The position numbers and the translations under genes are program-made. 64,000 nt of DNA from assembly GCA_049302065.1 (NCBI GenBank), contig JBAQLU010000241.1, positions 8,756-72,755 of the forward strand. The letters run 5' to 3'. The DNA is from Thermodesulfovibrionales bacterium (lineage in GTDB: Bacteria; Nitrospirota; Thermodesulfovibrionia; Thermodesulfovibrionales; SM23-35). The notes under the pieces were generated by a model. It did not search any database. It saw nothing but the letters and a program-made list of their open reading frames with translations, and had not been told where the DNA came from. Shown here piece after piece: positions 9,442 through 18,038 of the stretch (the stretch's first letter is position 1; each line of letters starts with the position of its first letter).

Positions 9442-11760
9442 CTACCATGTCTGAAAAAGCTTTTTAATATTCTTCATCTCTCCAGCCAGTGATCCTGCCT
9501 TATCGAATTGAAAATCCTTATATGTCTTTGTCTCAAGACCATCTTCAGTTTCATGTATCTTAACCGCGCCATCGATATCTGTCCTGAATATCTTAACTTC
9601 ATTCAGGGCATCTAACATTTTCTGATGGGGATGGCCGAAGGGATTGTCTCTTCCTGCACTGATTACTGCAATTTGAGGTGAAACAATTTCGATAAATGGT
9701 TGATATGCAGATGCCTTTCCACCATGATGCGGAACTTTCATAACCTCGCTTTTTAACCACTTCCCTAAATGCATTATATTCCCTTCTGCGTCTTCTTCAA
9801 TATCTCCGGTAAAGAGAAACGATGTATGATCGTCTTCTATCCGCAGGACAAGTGAATCATTATTTGCTGCGTCATACTCATTCCCCTGCATTGTATAGAA
9901 CTCAGGATATGGATGAAGCGCATATATTTTGTAACCCTTCCCTTCGATCACATCACCTCTGCTGAGTTTCTGGTGTTTTATCTGCTTTAACATATCGGGC
10001 AAGATCATCCTGCCATTATCCCAGACCTGCTGAACATCGAAATGTTTTAGTATGTATTCAACACCGCCTGTGTGGTCAGGATGGACATGCGAGAGCGCCA
10101 GAATATCAATGGTCTTTTTCCCCCTGTATTTAAGGAAAGAAAAAGTTTCCCAGCCTGTTCTGCCTGTATCTATAAGCATAGTCTTTCCATCCGGAAGTTC
10201 GATAACTGATGCATCTCCCTGGCCGGCATCGAGAAAGGTTACATTGAGTTTTTCCTTCTCAAAGATCGTCAGGAGAAGATATATCACTACAGGGACAAAC
10301 GGGATGATCAGCAGGTATCTTCTCTTATCGAACAGGAAATAGAAAATGAATCCGGCATAGAAAAGAAGGAGAAGTACCGGCGGAAAAGCAGGTATTTTCA
10401 GATCAGCGAATGGTATTTGAGAGAACAGCTTCACCAGATAAATACTGATATCTGAAATTACTGATACCAGAGGAGTGAATACGAAATGCCCTGTAAGAAG
10501 AAACAGGAAGGATGATATAACAGAAAGTGGGATTAGAACAAAACCTATGAGCGGAGCAATCACCAGATTTGATACAGGGGATATGAGCGAGAAATAATGG
10601 AAATAATATGCAACCAGCGGCGCTGTGCCTATGGATGCAGCAAGGCTCATGTACAGGGCATTTCTTATATGCCTGGTTAATCCGCCTGTGTCTTTTTCTG
10701 CAGCCTCTTCTTTCTGAATCGAAAAGCCGATAAAAAGTACCGCAAGAAACGATAGCTGGAACGATAGACTTAAAATCCATTTCGGCTCATAAAGTATCAG
10801 TATGAACGCCGCAAAAAGAAGAGAGTTCAGCCAGAACCCTTTTCTGTTAATAATAAGTCCAAACAGGAAAAGACCAATCATAATAAATGATCTGACTGCA
10901 GGGATGCTTCCGCCTGAAAGTCCGAGATAAGCAAACATGAAGGGAAGGGAGAGGATGGCTGCAACCTGTGAGGGAGTCAGATATATCGTTATCCTCTGAA
11001 GCAGACGGTAAGGCAAAACCCTGATAAAGGATCTGAATATTCCGAAGAGTAATACAGAAAATAGTCCGAAGTGAGTTCCTGAAATACTGAGGATATGTGC
11101 AAGACCCGTTGCATTGAATGCCTCCTTCAGTTCATCCGTCATATTCACCCTTTGTCCTGTAGTTATTGATGCAACAAAGGCCCCTGAATCTCCCTTTATA
11201 TGGTCTTCTATGTATCTGTTGGTCCTGTATCTGCACTCCTGAATCTTTGAATTGAGGGAATTCCGTTTCTTTCCTGAATCGAATACGTATAAAAGTGTTG
11301 CATACATATCGTCCCTCATTTGTTGTCCGGGATTTAATCTTTTTCTGCTCTTTTGAAATTTTATTGCAAGGCCGTATTCAATACCTAACCCGAATTCACT
11401 GTCTGAAAAAATAGCAACTTCTTTCCCTGCAAGTTCGTTCAGCCTTTCACCTGTATTTATATCTGAAGCTTTCGTTATGCTCAATATCTGCCTAAAAGAC
11501 CCTATGTCGGTCTTAAGCGGATTTGATTCAAATACCCCGTTTACAGCTATTGTGTCTCTGGTATAAGACAATTCCTGAACAGGTTCATATCTCAAAAAAG
11601 CATAGGTTATCCCTAAAAAAACTACAAAAATAAGCGAGTATTTTTTCTTTGCGGTCAGATATGCGGCAGATGTTAAGAAAACAGAAACAGTAGAAAAAGG
11701 GAAATAGAGGAATAAGTAAAAAGAGACTACCCCGATAAGGAATGAGACAAAGAAATGCAT
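9442..11760 (-). CDS. comEC: DNA internalization-related competence protein ComEC/Rec2 (competence domain + metallo-beta-lactamase domain)
   Basis: 772 aa with many TM helices. The C-terminal MBL motif is 'LSHVHPDHTGG' plus 'VPHHG'. Confidence 0.85.
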   Translation of the reverse strand: MHFFVSFLIGVVSFYLFLYFPFSTVSVFLTSAAYLTAKKKYSLIFVVFLGITYAFLRYEPVQELSYTRDTIAVNGVFESNPLKTDIGSFRQILSITKASDINTGERLNELAGKEVAIFSDSEFGLGIEYGLAIKFQKSRKRLNPGQQMRDDMYATLLYVFDSGKKRNSLNSKIQECRYRTNRYIEDHIKGDSGAFVASITTGQRVNMTDELKEAFNATGLAHILSISGTHFGLFSVLLFGIFRSFIRVLPYRLLQRITIYLTPSQVAAILSLPFMFAYLGLSGGSIPAVRSFIMIGLFLFGLIINRKGFWLNSLLFAAFILILYEPKWILSLSFQLSFLAVLFIGFSIQKEEAAEKDTGGLTRHIRNALYMSLAASIGTAPLVAYYFHYFSLISPVSNLVIAPLIGFVLIPLSVISSFLFLLTGHFVFTPLVSVISDISIYLVKLFSQIPFADLKIPAFPPVLLLLFYAGFIFYFLFDKRRYLLIIPFVPVVIYLLLTIFEKEKLNVTFLDAGQGDASVIELPDGKTMLIDTGRTGWETFSFLKYRGKKTIDILALSHVHPDHTGGVEYILKHFDVQQVWDNGRMILPDMLKQIKHQKLSRGDVIEGKGYKIYALHPYPEFYTMQGNEYDAANNDSLVLRIEDDHTSFLFTGDIEEDAEGNIMHLGKWLKSEVMKVPHHGGKASAYQPFIEIVSPQIAVISAGRDNPFGHPHQKMLDALNEVKIFRTDIDGAVKIHETEDGLETKTYKDFQFDKAGSLAGEMKNIKKLFQTW

Positions 11761-13106
11761 CAGGTCATCTTCTTTTGAATAACCTTTGCTATATCATTAC
11801 CAAGTCTTTTAATAAGCTTCATATCCTCACCTTCGATCATAACCCTGATCTTCGGTTCAGTACCTGACGCTCTGACGAGCACCCTCCCCTTTCCAGCGAG
11901 TTTTTTCTCCGCTGACAGTATCGCATCTTCAATTTCAGGTATAGCCTTAATATCGTGCCTATGTTTAACTCTGACATTCGTCAGTATCTGGGGGTATAGT
12001 TGTATCCCCTGCGAAAGCTTTGACAAAGCAGCATCCCTTTTCTTCATCAGATACAGAACCTGCAGGGCTGTGAGAGGCCCGTCACCCGTTGTATTATGGT
12101 CAAGGAAAATGATATGTCCTGATTGCTCTCCCCCAAGGTTGTATCCGCCGTGAGACATCTTTTCAACGACATATCTATCCCCTACTTTTGTTCTTATGAG
12201 TTTAATGCCGTTCATTGCAAGAAATTTCTCAAGACCGAAATTGCTCATTACCGTTGCAACAACCGTATTTTTTTTCAGCATCCTCTCTCTCTTCAGCTCC
12301 ACTGCCCACATCCCCATAATCTTGTCACCATCGACAATCCGGCCTTTTTCATCACAGAAGATTGCCCTGTCAGCATCTCCGTCGTGCGCTATCCCGACAT
12401 CTGCCTTATGGAGTTTAACAGCCTTCTGCAGCACTTCCATATGCAGGGTACCGGATCCTGCATTTATGTTTATGCCGTCGGGCTTGTCGTTCACCGATAT
12501 CACATCTGCCCCTAATTCACGGAACAGCCACGGTGTTGTCTTATATGCAGCGCCATTTGCACAATCAACCACGATCTTCATTCCCTCGAAGGTTACCCCC
12601 CTCGGTATTGTTGATTTGATATATTCAATATAACGTCCTGTCGCATCATCAAGCCTGTATGCCTTGCCTATCTCTGAGCCCTGAGGCCTGTTTTTCAAAA
12701 GACCATCTTCTTTCACAAGCCCCTCAATCTTCCTTTCGAGTTCATCAGAGAGTTTGTAGCCTTCAGACGAGAAGAACTTTATACCGTTATCTTCAAAAGG
12801 ATTATGTGAAGCTGATATGACAATCCCCGCATCCAGTCGTAATGTCCTGATAAGGTATGCAACCCCGGGAGTCGGGATAGGGCCGACAAGTGTTACATTC
12901 ATGCCCATAGAACATATCCCTGACGTGAGTGCACTCTCTATGATATAGCCTGACAATCGTGTGTCCTTGCCGATCAATATCATGTTTCTTCCGTGATTCT
13001 CCCTGAGGAGAGAGGCTGCAGCCATACCGATTCTCAGGACAGTCTCGGGTGTCATGGGATGTTCGTTTACAGTTCCTCTTATACCATCTGTTCCAAAGAG
13101 TCTCAT
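11760..13106 (-). CDS. glmM: Phosphoglucosamine mutase
   Basis: 448 aa. N-terminus 'LFGTDGIRG', phosphoserine loop 'SASHNPFEDNGIKFF', and 'GDGDADR' Mg-binding loop. Confidence 0.95.
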   Translation of the reverse strand: MRLFGTDGIRGTVNEHPMTPETVLRIGMAAASLLRENHGRNMILIGKDTRLSGYIIESALTSGICSMGMNVTLVGPIPTPGVAYLIRTLRLDAGIVISASHNPFEDNGIKFFSSEGYKLSDELERKIEGLVKEDGLLKNRPQGSEIGKAYRLDDATGRYIEYIKSTIPRGVTFEGMKIVVDCANGAAYKTTPWLFRELGADVISVNDKPDGININAGSGTLHMEVLQKAVKLHKADVGIAHDGDADRAIFCDEKGRIVDGDKIMGMWAVELKRERMLKKNTVVATVMSNFGLEKFLAMNGIKLIRTKVGDRYVVEKMSHGGYNLGGEQSGHIIFLDHNTTGDGPLTALQVLYLMKKRDAALSKLSQGIQLYPQILTNVRVKHRHDIKAIPEIEDAILSAEKKLAGKGRVLVRASGTEPKIRVMIEGEDMKLIKRLGNDIAKVIQKKMT

Positions 13107-13750
13107 TTTCCTCTCGCTCCAATTACAACCTTAACAATAACATCGTTTATCTTTGATCTGACATTCCTGCCGGTTAAGTCAATCTTCAGCTCCTGTGAAA
13201 ATGATTCATTGAAGGCAGAAATATCAATCGGCTCGGTTTTAACATTACCGATCTTTATAACTTCTGAACGAACTCCTTCGATTACCACATACTGCGGAAC
13301 AACCTCAACAGATTTAACAAAATAACCTCTTTCAGGTTCACCAATAACCATAGGCAGTACCTTTACAGTTTTTGATATGGTTTCTTCAATTGTTACTTTT
13401 ATGCTCGAAGGATAGATATTGGTAACCATAATTGCATGGGGAAGCTTTATTTCCTCCCTGTCAATGTGGTATATGCCCTCACCTTTCTTAGCTTTGCTGA
13501 GATCCACATAGACCCTGATATCTGCTGATTTAACATTCTTAATGAGTCTTTCCTGCCCCTTGATATTGAGGTTTATTGTTTTCATGCTATGATTAACCAT
13601 CTCAAGTCCCGCCGGTATATTCCTGAACTCAATTGGCGCATCAAGAGATATCTCTGACTGTCCGCGGGAAGTAACAAAGATCCATAAAACTGCAGACAGC
13701 AGGACAGCTGCTATCTTGAGTCCAAGATTTTCAAAAAAGAATTTCTTCAT
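13103..13750 (-). CDS. cdaR: YbbR-domain protein (CdaR-type regulator of diadenylate cyclase)
   Basis: 215 aa with an N-terminal TM helix and repeated YbbR-like beta-rich modules. Overlaps cdaA and glmM by 4 nt each, in the conserved cdaA-cdaR-glmM order. Confidence 0.7.
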   Translation of the reverse strand: MKKFFFENLGLKIAAVLLSAVLWIFVTSRGQSEISLDAPIEFRNIPAGLEMVNHSMKTINLNIKGQERLIKNVKSADIRVYVDLSKAKKGEGIYHIDREEIKLPHAIMVTNIYPSSIKVTIEETISKTVKVLPMVIGEPERGYFVKSVEVVPQYVVIEGVRSEVIKIGNVKTEPIDISAFNESFSQELKIDLTGRNVRSKINDVIVKVVIGARGK

Positions 13751-14508
13751 TTCTTTCCCTTTGCCGTAAACAGATCAGTAAGGACGTCCCTGAGAGTTCC
13801 CATATCGAGATGCGTTTCAAACTTCCCCTTAATCGCCATTGATATCGCGCCTGTCTCTTCTGACACAATGATCACAACCGCATCTGTTTCTTCTGATAAG
13901 CCCATGCCTGCACGGTGCCTTGTACCCAGGGCCTTGCTGATATCTGAACTCATCGTTATCGGTAAAAAACATCCGGCAGCAACAATCCTGTTGCCCTTTA
14001 TTACGACTGCACCATCATGAATGGGAGATGTTGGATGAAAAATACTGAGCAGAACTTCCTTCGACACCTTAGCGTCCAATATTGTGCCGATCTCTACAAA
14101 GTCCCTCAGGCTTGTATCCCTTTCTATTGCGATCAGAGCGCCTATCTTTTTGTTTGCAAGGGCGATGGTCGCCTTGACAATTTCATCGAGTGACTTCAGT
14201 TCTTCAGCAGATGTGAGCGTCTGAAACAACTGCGTTTCACCCATCTGTGCAAGCGCCCTTCTGATCTCAGGCTGGAAAAGGATGATAATTGCTATAACGA
14301 TCTGTGCCCAAAAGCTCTGTATTAACCAGTCTACCGTATACAGTTCAAAATGCCGTGAAAGCAGCGATGCCAGCAGCAGGACACCGAGCCCCATAAGCAT
14401 ATGCGCAGCTTTTGTGCCCTTTATGATAAGGAGAAGGCGATAGAGTATGATTGACATGAGGATAATGTCAACAATATCCTGCCACCGTATTTGTCTGAGT
14501 ATCTCCAT
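13747..14508 (-). CDS. cdaA: Diadenylate cyclase CdaA (DAC domain, membrane-anchored)
   Basis: 253 aa. Three N-terminal TM helices, then DAC motifs 'DGAVVI', 'GTRHRAG' and 'SEETG'. Confidence 0.9.
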   Translation of the reverse strand: MEILRQIRWQDIVDIILMSIILYRLLLIIKGTKAAHMLMGLGVLLLASLLSRHFELYTVDWLIQSFWAQIVIAIIILFQPEIRRALAQMGETQLFQTLTSAEELKSLDEIVKATIALANKKIGALIAIERDTSLRDFVEIGTILDAKVSKEVLLSIFHPTSPIHDGAVVIKGNRIVAAGCFLPITMSSDISKALGTRHRAGMGLSEETDAVVIIVSEETGAISMAIKGKFETHLDMGTLRDVLTDLFTAKGKK

Positions 14509-14597
14509 TCTTAAAATCTTGCCTTTAGCTTAATATGATACCATACATGCAGTTACTAATGCGGCTGCAAGTAAGGATACACGGGGATTTTATGTTT

Positions 14598-14726
14598 GTC
14601 ATGCCCCGAACTTGTTTCGGGACATCCTTTTTGAAAAAAGATTCCCGCCTCGGTTCTACTTGTCCCGAAGGCTTTCGGGACTGAGTGCGGACGAGTCGCT
14701 GAGGTGACCCGACAAGCGGGAATGAC
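14598..14726. repeat. Family-A MITE-like repeat, composite/long variant
   Basis: gtcatgccccgaacttgtttcgggac...gacccgacaagcgggaatgac, with extra internal hairpins. Confidence 0.75.
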
Positions 14727-14785
14727 AGGCAATGTTTTCTTACTTATGACCCCCTTAGTATGTAATGCCTAACGATCGCGGAAGT

Positions 14786-14815
14786 TTGACAAACAAACCA
14801 TTGATAAGTTATTGT
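14786..14815 (+). promoter_or_regulatory. Candidate sigma70-type promoter for tRNA-fMet
   Basis: -35 TTGACA (14786-14791), 18-nt spacer, -10 TATTGT (14810-14815). The tRNA 5' end is at 14827. Confidence 0.35.
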
Positions 14816-14826
14816 TAATGCTCTAT

Positions 14827-14903
<77 letters not shown>

Positions 14904-14933
14904 GTAAAAATAATAGATTTTTCAATAGATTTG

Positions 14934-14974
14934 AGGCTGTCAGAACATTAAGCGCTGACAGCCTCATCTGTTTT
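14934..14974 (+). terminator. Rho-independent terminator downstream of tRNA-fMet
   Basis: An 11-bp perfect stem gaggctgtcag / ctgacagcctc (14934-14944 / 14955-14965) is followed by atctgtttt. Confidence 0.55.
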
Positions 14975-15045
14975 AACAGGACAGTTGCAGGACAGTAGGT
15001 TCATACCTGCACACTCAGAAACAACGTCCCGGAAGTTTTTTCGAA

Positions 15046-15393
15046 CTATAGGGGTTTGCCAGTTCTCCTTGGTCTCGTTCGTTTTTTATAATAAGCGTCC
15101 TTCTCCTTTTCAAGCAGGAATTCAAAGGCTTTAGCAATCAGGGCTTTCAACTGCACAAGAAATGGATATCTCGGATTGAAGGTATAAACTCTTACCCTGC
15201 CGATGAGACGGCTTACAATTATTCCGGCATTTTCGAGTCTCTTCAGCTGCTGCTGAAACCTGTTCACAGGCTCTTCAAAGGTTTTAGCCATGCCGAGGGG
15301 ATACCCCTCGCCGTATACATAGAGCGTGAACAGGATTTTTTCAACGATAATATTTCCGAATATACCCTCAAGCATTGTCTTTCCTATTACCAT
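15046..15393 (-). CDS. Small winged-helix DNA-binding protein (hypothetical regulator)
   Basis: 115 aa. The segment 'GYPLGMAKTFEEPVNRFQQQLKRLENAGIIVSRLIGRVRVYTFNP' reads as helix-turn-helix plus a beta-wing. A perfect 11-bp inverted repeat lies just upstream. Confidence 0.5.
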   Translation of the reverse strand: MVIGKTMLEGIFGNIIVEKILFTLYVYGEGYPLGMAKTFEEPVNRFQQQLKRLENAGIIVSRLIGRVRVYTFNPRYPFLVQLKALIAKAFEFLLEKEKDAYYKKRTRPRRTGKPL

Positions 15394-15403
15394 AATACAT
15401 GGT

Positions 15404-15430
15404 TATATTACCATAATTAATGGTAATATA
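15404..15430. promoter_or_regulatory. Perfect 11-bp inverted repeat, candidate operator of the wHTH gene
   Basis: tatattaccat-aatta-atggtaatata lies 11-37 bp upstream of the start at 15393. A second, weaker accat..atggt palindrome (15386-15406) overlaps the start codon. Confidence 0.4.
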
Positions 15431-15456
15431 TTATTCTTGTTTTGTCAACCCCAGCG

Positions 15457-15600
15457 CAGAGGTTCAAATCCTCTCCCCGCCACCAAGTGGAATAATAGAT
15501 TTTTCAATAGATCATAGGCTGTCAGAACAGTAAGTGCTGACAGCCTTATCTGTTTTAACAGGACACTGACAGTACAGTTGGTTCAAACCTGTCACTGCCT
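15457..15600 (+). repeat. Direct duplicate of the tRNA-fMet 3' end (29 nt) plus its downstream terminator region
   Basis: 15457-15485 is identical to tRNA positions 14875-14903 (cagaggttcaaatcctctccccgccacca). The following ~110 bp, including hairpin aggctgtcag/ctgacagcct, matches 14904-15020 with scattered mismatches. Confidence 0.85.
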
Positions 15601-15726
15601 CCGGAAAAATGGCAAAAGAAAAAGACAATAAAGAGCAACCGATTGCCTCAATGAATAAAAGAGAAATAAAAATACAAGTGCTCTCCACATATAATATTTT
15701 GACGGACAAAAGTAACATATTTTCAT

Positions 15727-16902
15727 TTATTTATTATCCGCTATTTTTGATGCATTCATCCATGAATAAATACGCAGTCCCTCCCTCGTATAGGTATCAT
15801 TGCCTCCATAGATGAGAGAGGGTTTGCCTGAAGGACAATCAGCAATACTCAGCCATTTCCTGATTCCTGAGAAATAATCAGGGGTAATTGTCTTGCCCGA
15901 CTTTATCTCAACAGGGGTAAGTGCCTCGCCATCTTCAATAATCACATCGATTTCATTGCCTGTGTTGTCCCTCCAGAAATAAAGGTTGGATGGCAATCCA
16001 CAGTTGAATCTTGCTTTAACCAGTTCACTGATGACAAATGACTCAAACAAAGAACCCCGCATCGGATGCAATGAGAGATGTTCAGGACTTTGCATATTCA
16101 CAAGCCATGACGCAAGTCCTGTGTCATAAAAATATATCTTCGGTGTTTTCACGAGACGTTTGCCGAAATTTCTGAAATGTGGATAAAGCAGAAAAATTAT
16201 ATAACTTGCTTCCAGAACCGATATCCATGAACGGGCAGTATTATGGGTAATCCCGCAGTCATTGGCAAGACCGGTAAGATTTATCAATTGTCCTGTCCGG
16301 GCTGCACACATGCGAAGGAAGCGTTGAAAGATTCCTAAGTTCTTAATATTGATCATTTGTCTTACATCACGTTCCACATATGTCATAACATAATTCGCAT
16401 ACCAGTCAGAGGGCTGCACTTTTCTGTCATATAAGGCAGGATACAAACCTTTGAATAACAGTGCATCGAGGTTCCTGCCAAGATTCCTTACATGAAATAA
16501 TTCGCTGTAAGAAAAGGGCAGCAGTTGCACCAAGCCGACTCTTCCGGAGAGCGTTTGGGTAATATGAGACAGCACACCGAACTGCTGCGAGCCTGTCAAT
16601 ATGAACAACCCCGGGCGTTTGTCCAAATCGACTATTGTCTGAATATAAGAAAATAGGGGAGGACACCTCTGAACTTCATCCAGCACTGCGCCATCCGGAA
16701 ATCTTTCCAAAAAACCACGAGGGTCCTTGTTGGCAAACTCAAGCTGGTCAGGATCTTCGAGGGAAACATAGGGTTTCTTTTGGAATGTTGCTCTGACAAT
16801 TGTAGTTTTCCCTGATTGCCTGGGCCCGGTTACAGCTACGACCAGATAGCCTTTCGCAAGCCGAAGGAGAGTTTTTTTAGCATCACGGGATATCATGCTC
16901 AA
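15727..16902 (-). CDS. AAA+ ATPase with C-terminal DUF4143-type domain
   Basis: 391 aa. Walker A 'GPRQSGKTT', Walker B-like 'VLDEVQ', and the typical architecture of the 'ATP-binding protein, DUF4143' family. The ORF-track start is TTG at 16902. An ATG at 16896 (MISRD...) is an alternative. Confidence 0.8.
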   Translation of the reverse strand: MSMISRDAKKTLLRLAKGYLVVAVTGPRQSGKTTIVRATFQKKPYVSLEDPDQLEFANKDPRGFLERFPDGAVLDEVQRCPPLFSYIQTIVDLDKRPGLFILTGSQQFGVLSHITQTLSGRVGLVQLLPFSYSELFHVRNLGRNLDALLFKGLYPALYDRKVQPSDWYANYVMTYVERDVRQMINIKNLGIFQRFLRMCAARTGQLINLTGLANDCGITHNTARSWISVLEASYIIFLLYPHFRNFGKRLVKTPKIYFYDTGLASWLVNMQSPEHLSLHPMRGSLFESFVISELVKARFNCGLPSNLYFWRDNTGNEIDVIIEDGEALTPVEIKSGKTITPDYFSGIRKWLSIADCPSGKPSLIYGGNDTYTREGLRIYSWMNASKIADNK

Positions 16903-17280
16903 TATTCTAACAGATATTTACAATTTGTCAATTCAATTTACAATTTGTAAGTAAACATTGGGTGAAGGAGTAATAATCAATTCCAGACAATAAAAGGATA
17001 GCAAGGATTACCCATAATACCGCTAACGAAGAATATCTGAGGTATTGGTTCATCTGTCCTTCCCTTGCCTTCGTAATATACTAAAATCACCCATGCGGAA
17101 TTTTCATGCTGAATGGGAAGTTTTAGCAGATGAGATGACCGTCTATTTTGGAGTTGCTTCTGGCTATTTTATAAGCATGATGATTGGAAGATCCGGAACG
17201 CTTTCAAAATCTGTCAGAATAAAAGAATTAAATCCCTCCGGTATTTAATAGGGATTTTGAAGAATATTTAAAAAGCTTTC

Positions 17281-17574
17281 CTATGGATGAGGAGTTATTG
17301 AGATAACGGTAATCTGGTTTTCTTTGGGGCCGTAATACCAGAAAATTCTGTATGCTGCTGGTGTAGCCTGCTCAGCGTATGCCTCGAAAACCTTCTCTCC
17401 CTTGGGGCCTTTCAGGGAAGTAAATTCATGAGTCTGCAAACCGGGATGCCTTGGATTTTGGGATAAGAACAGGATAGCCTTTTTTACAGCCTTGTACCGC
17501 TTTGAAAGTCCTTTGTCACTTTTAAGTCTGTTGAACTGCTCGTCGGCTTCATCAGTGAGGAAGATATCAAACAA
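17281..17574 (-). CDS. Type II toxin, RelE/ParE superfamily-like
   Basis: 97 aa. Lies 8 nt downstream of a small antitoxin-like ORF. The C-terminal 'AYRIFWYYGPKENQITVISITPH' resembles the RelE/ParE beta-sheet core. Confidence 0.6.
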   Translation of the reverse strand: MFDIFLTDEADEQFNRLKSDKGLSKRYKAVKKAILFLSQNPRHPGLQTHEFTSLKGPKGEKVFEAYAEQATPAAYRIFWYYGPKENQITVISITPHP

Positions 17575-17582
17575 TGGGCACC

Positions 17583-17831
17583 TTAAAGTTCGTCAAGATT
17601 AAGTTTTCTTACTCTGCCCTTCGCTGCTTGCTTCAAGCCCTTTTGAACACTTTCAAGTGCTTTCTTGTTTTTGTAAAGCCATGCTTCTGAAGAAGGTATG
17701 AGATCCAGAACAGTCTCTATTCTCTTCAGTTCCTCTATGTCGATAACAGCTGCCATCTTTTGGCCCTTTGTATCGGTAATGAATTGTTTGACCTTAATAT
17801 GTTCATCTTTTTGTTTTGCTGTTAAAGGCAT
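17583..17831 (-). CDS. Type II antitoxin (Phd/YefM-like), partner of 17281..17574
   Basis: 82 aa, upstream of and tightly linked to the toxin. The family assignment comes from position and size, not a strong motif. Confidence 0.5.
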   Translation of the reverse strand: MPLTAKQKDEHIKVKQFITDTKGQKMAAVIDIEELKRIETVLDLIPSSEAWLYKNKKALESVQKGLKQAAKGRVRKLNLDEL

Positions 17832-18038
17832 ACTATTTCTCCTTTCGCGGATGAATATATTATATCACAATGATTTCCTTCTTATTTTGAAAGTTCCTGC
17901 AATATTCTCAAGGCTCCGGATTTTATAAAACAAACCAAAACAAAATAGTTTCCTATCTCACTTCCGGTTTGTATTTACCCTCCTGCATTTTTTGTGTTAT
18001 TCTTTCTGAACTTTACTATTTTTTTACTTACAAAACCT

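Noticed and set aside
11760-14508. cdaA-cdaR-glmM as something unusual
   Set aside because: This is the well-known conserved c-di-AMP operon arrangement, and nothing in the sequence is atypical.
15457-15485. Second tRNA gene
   Set aside because: Only the 3' 29 nt (T-arm half, acceptor 3' strand and CCA) are present. There is no D-arm or anticodon arm upstream.
14904-17950. Intact integrative element or prophage at tRNA-fMet
   Set aside because: No integrase, recombinase, excisionase or phage structural gene is visible. I report it only as an att-like scar with accessory cargo.
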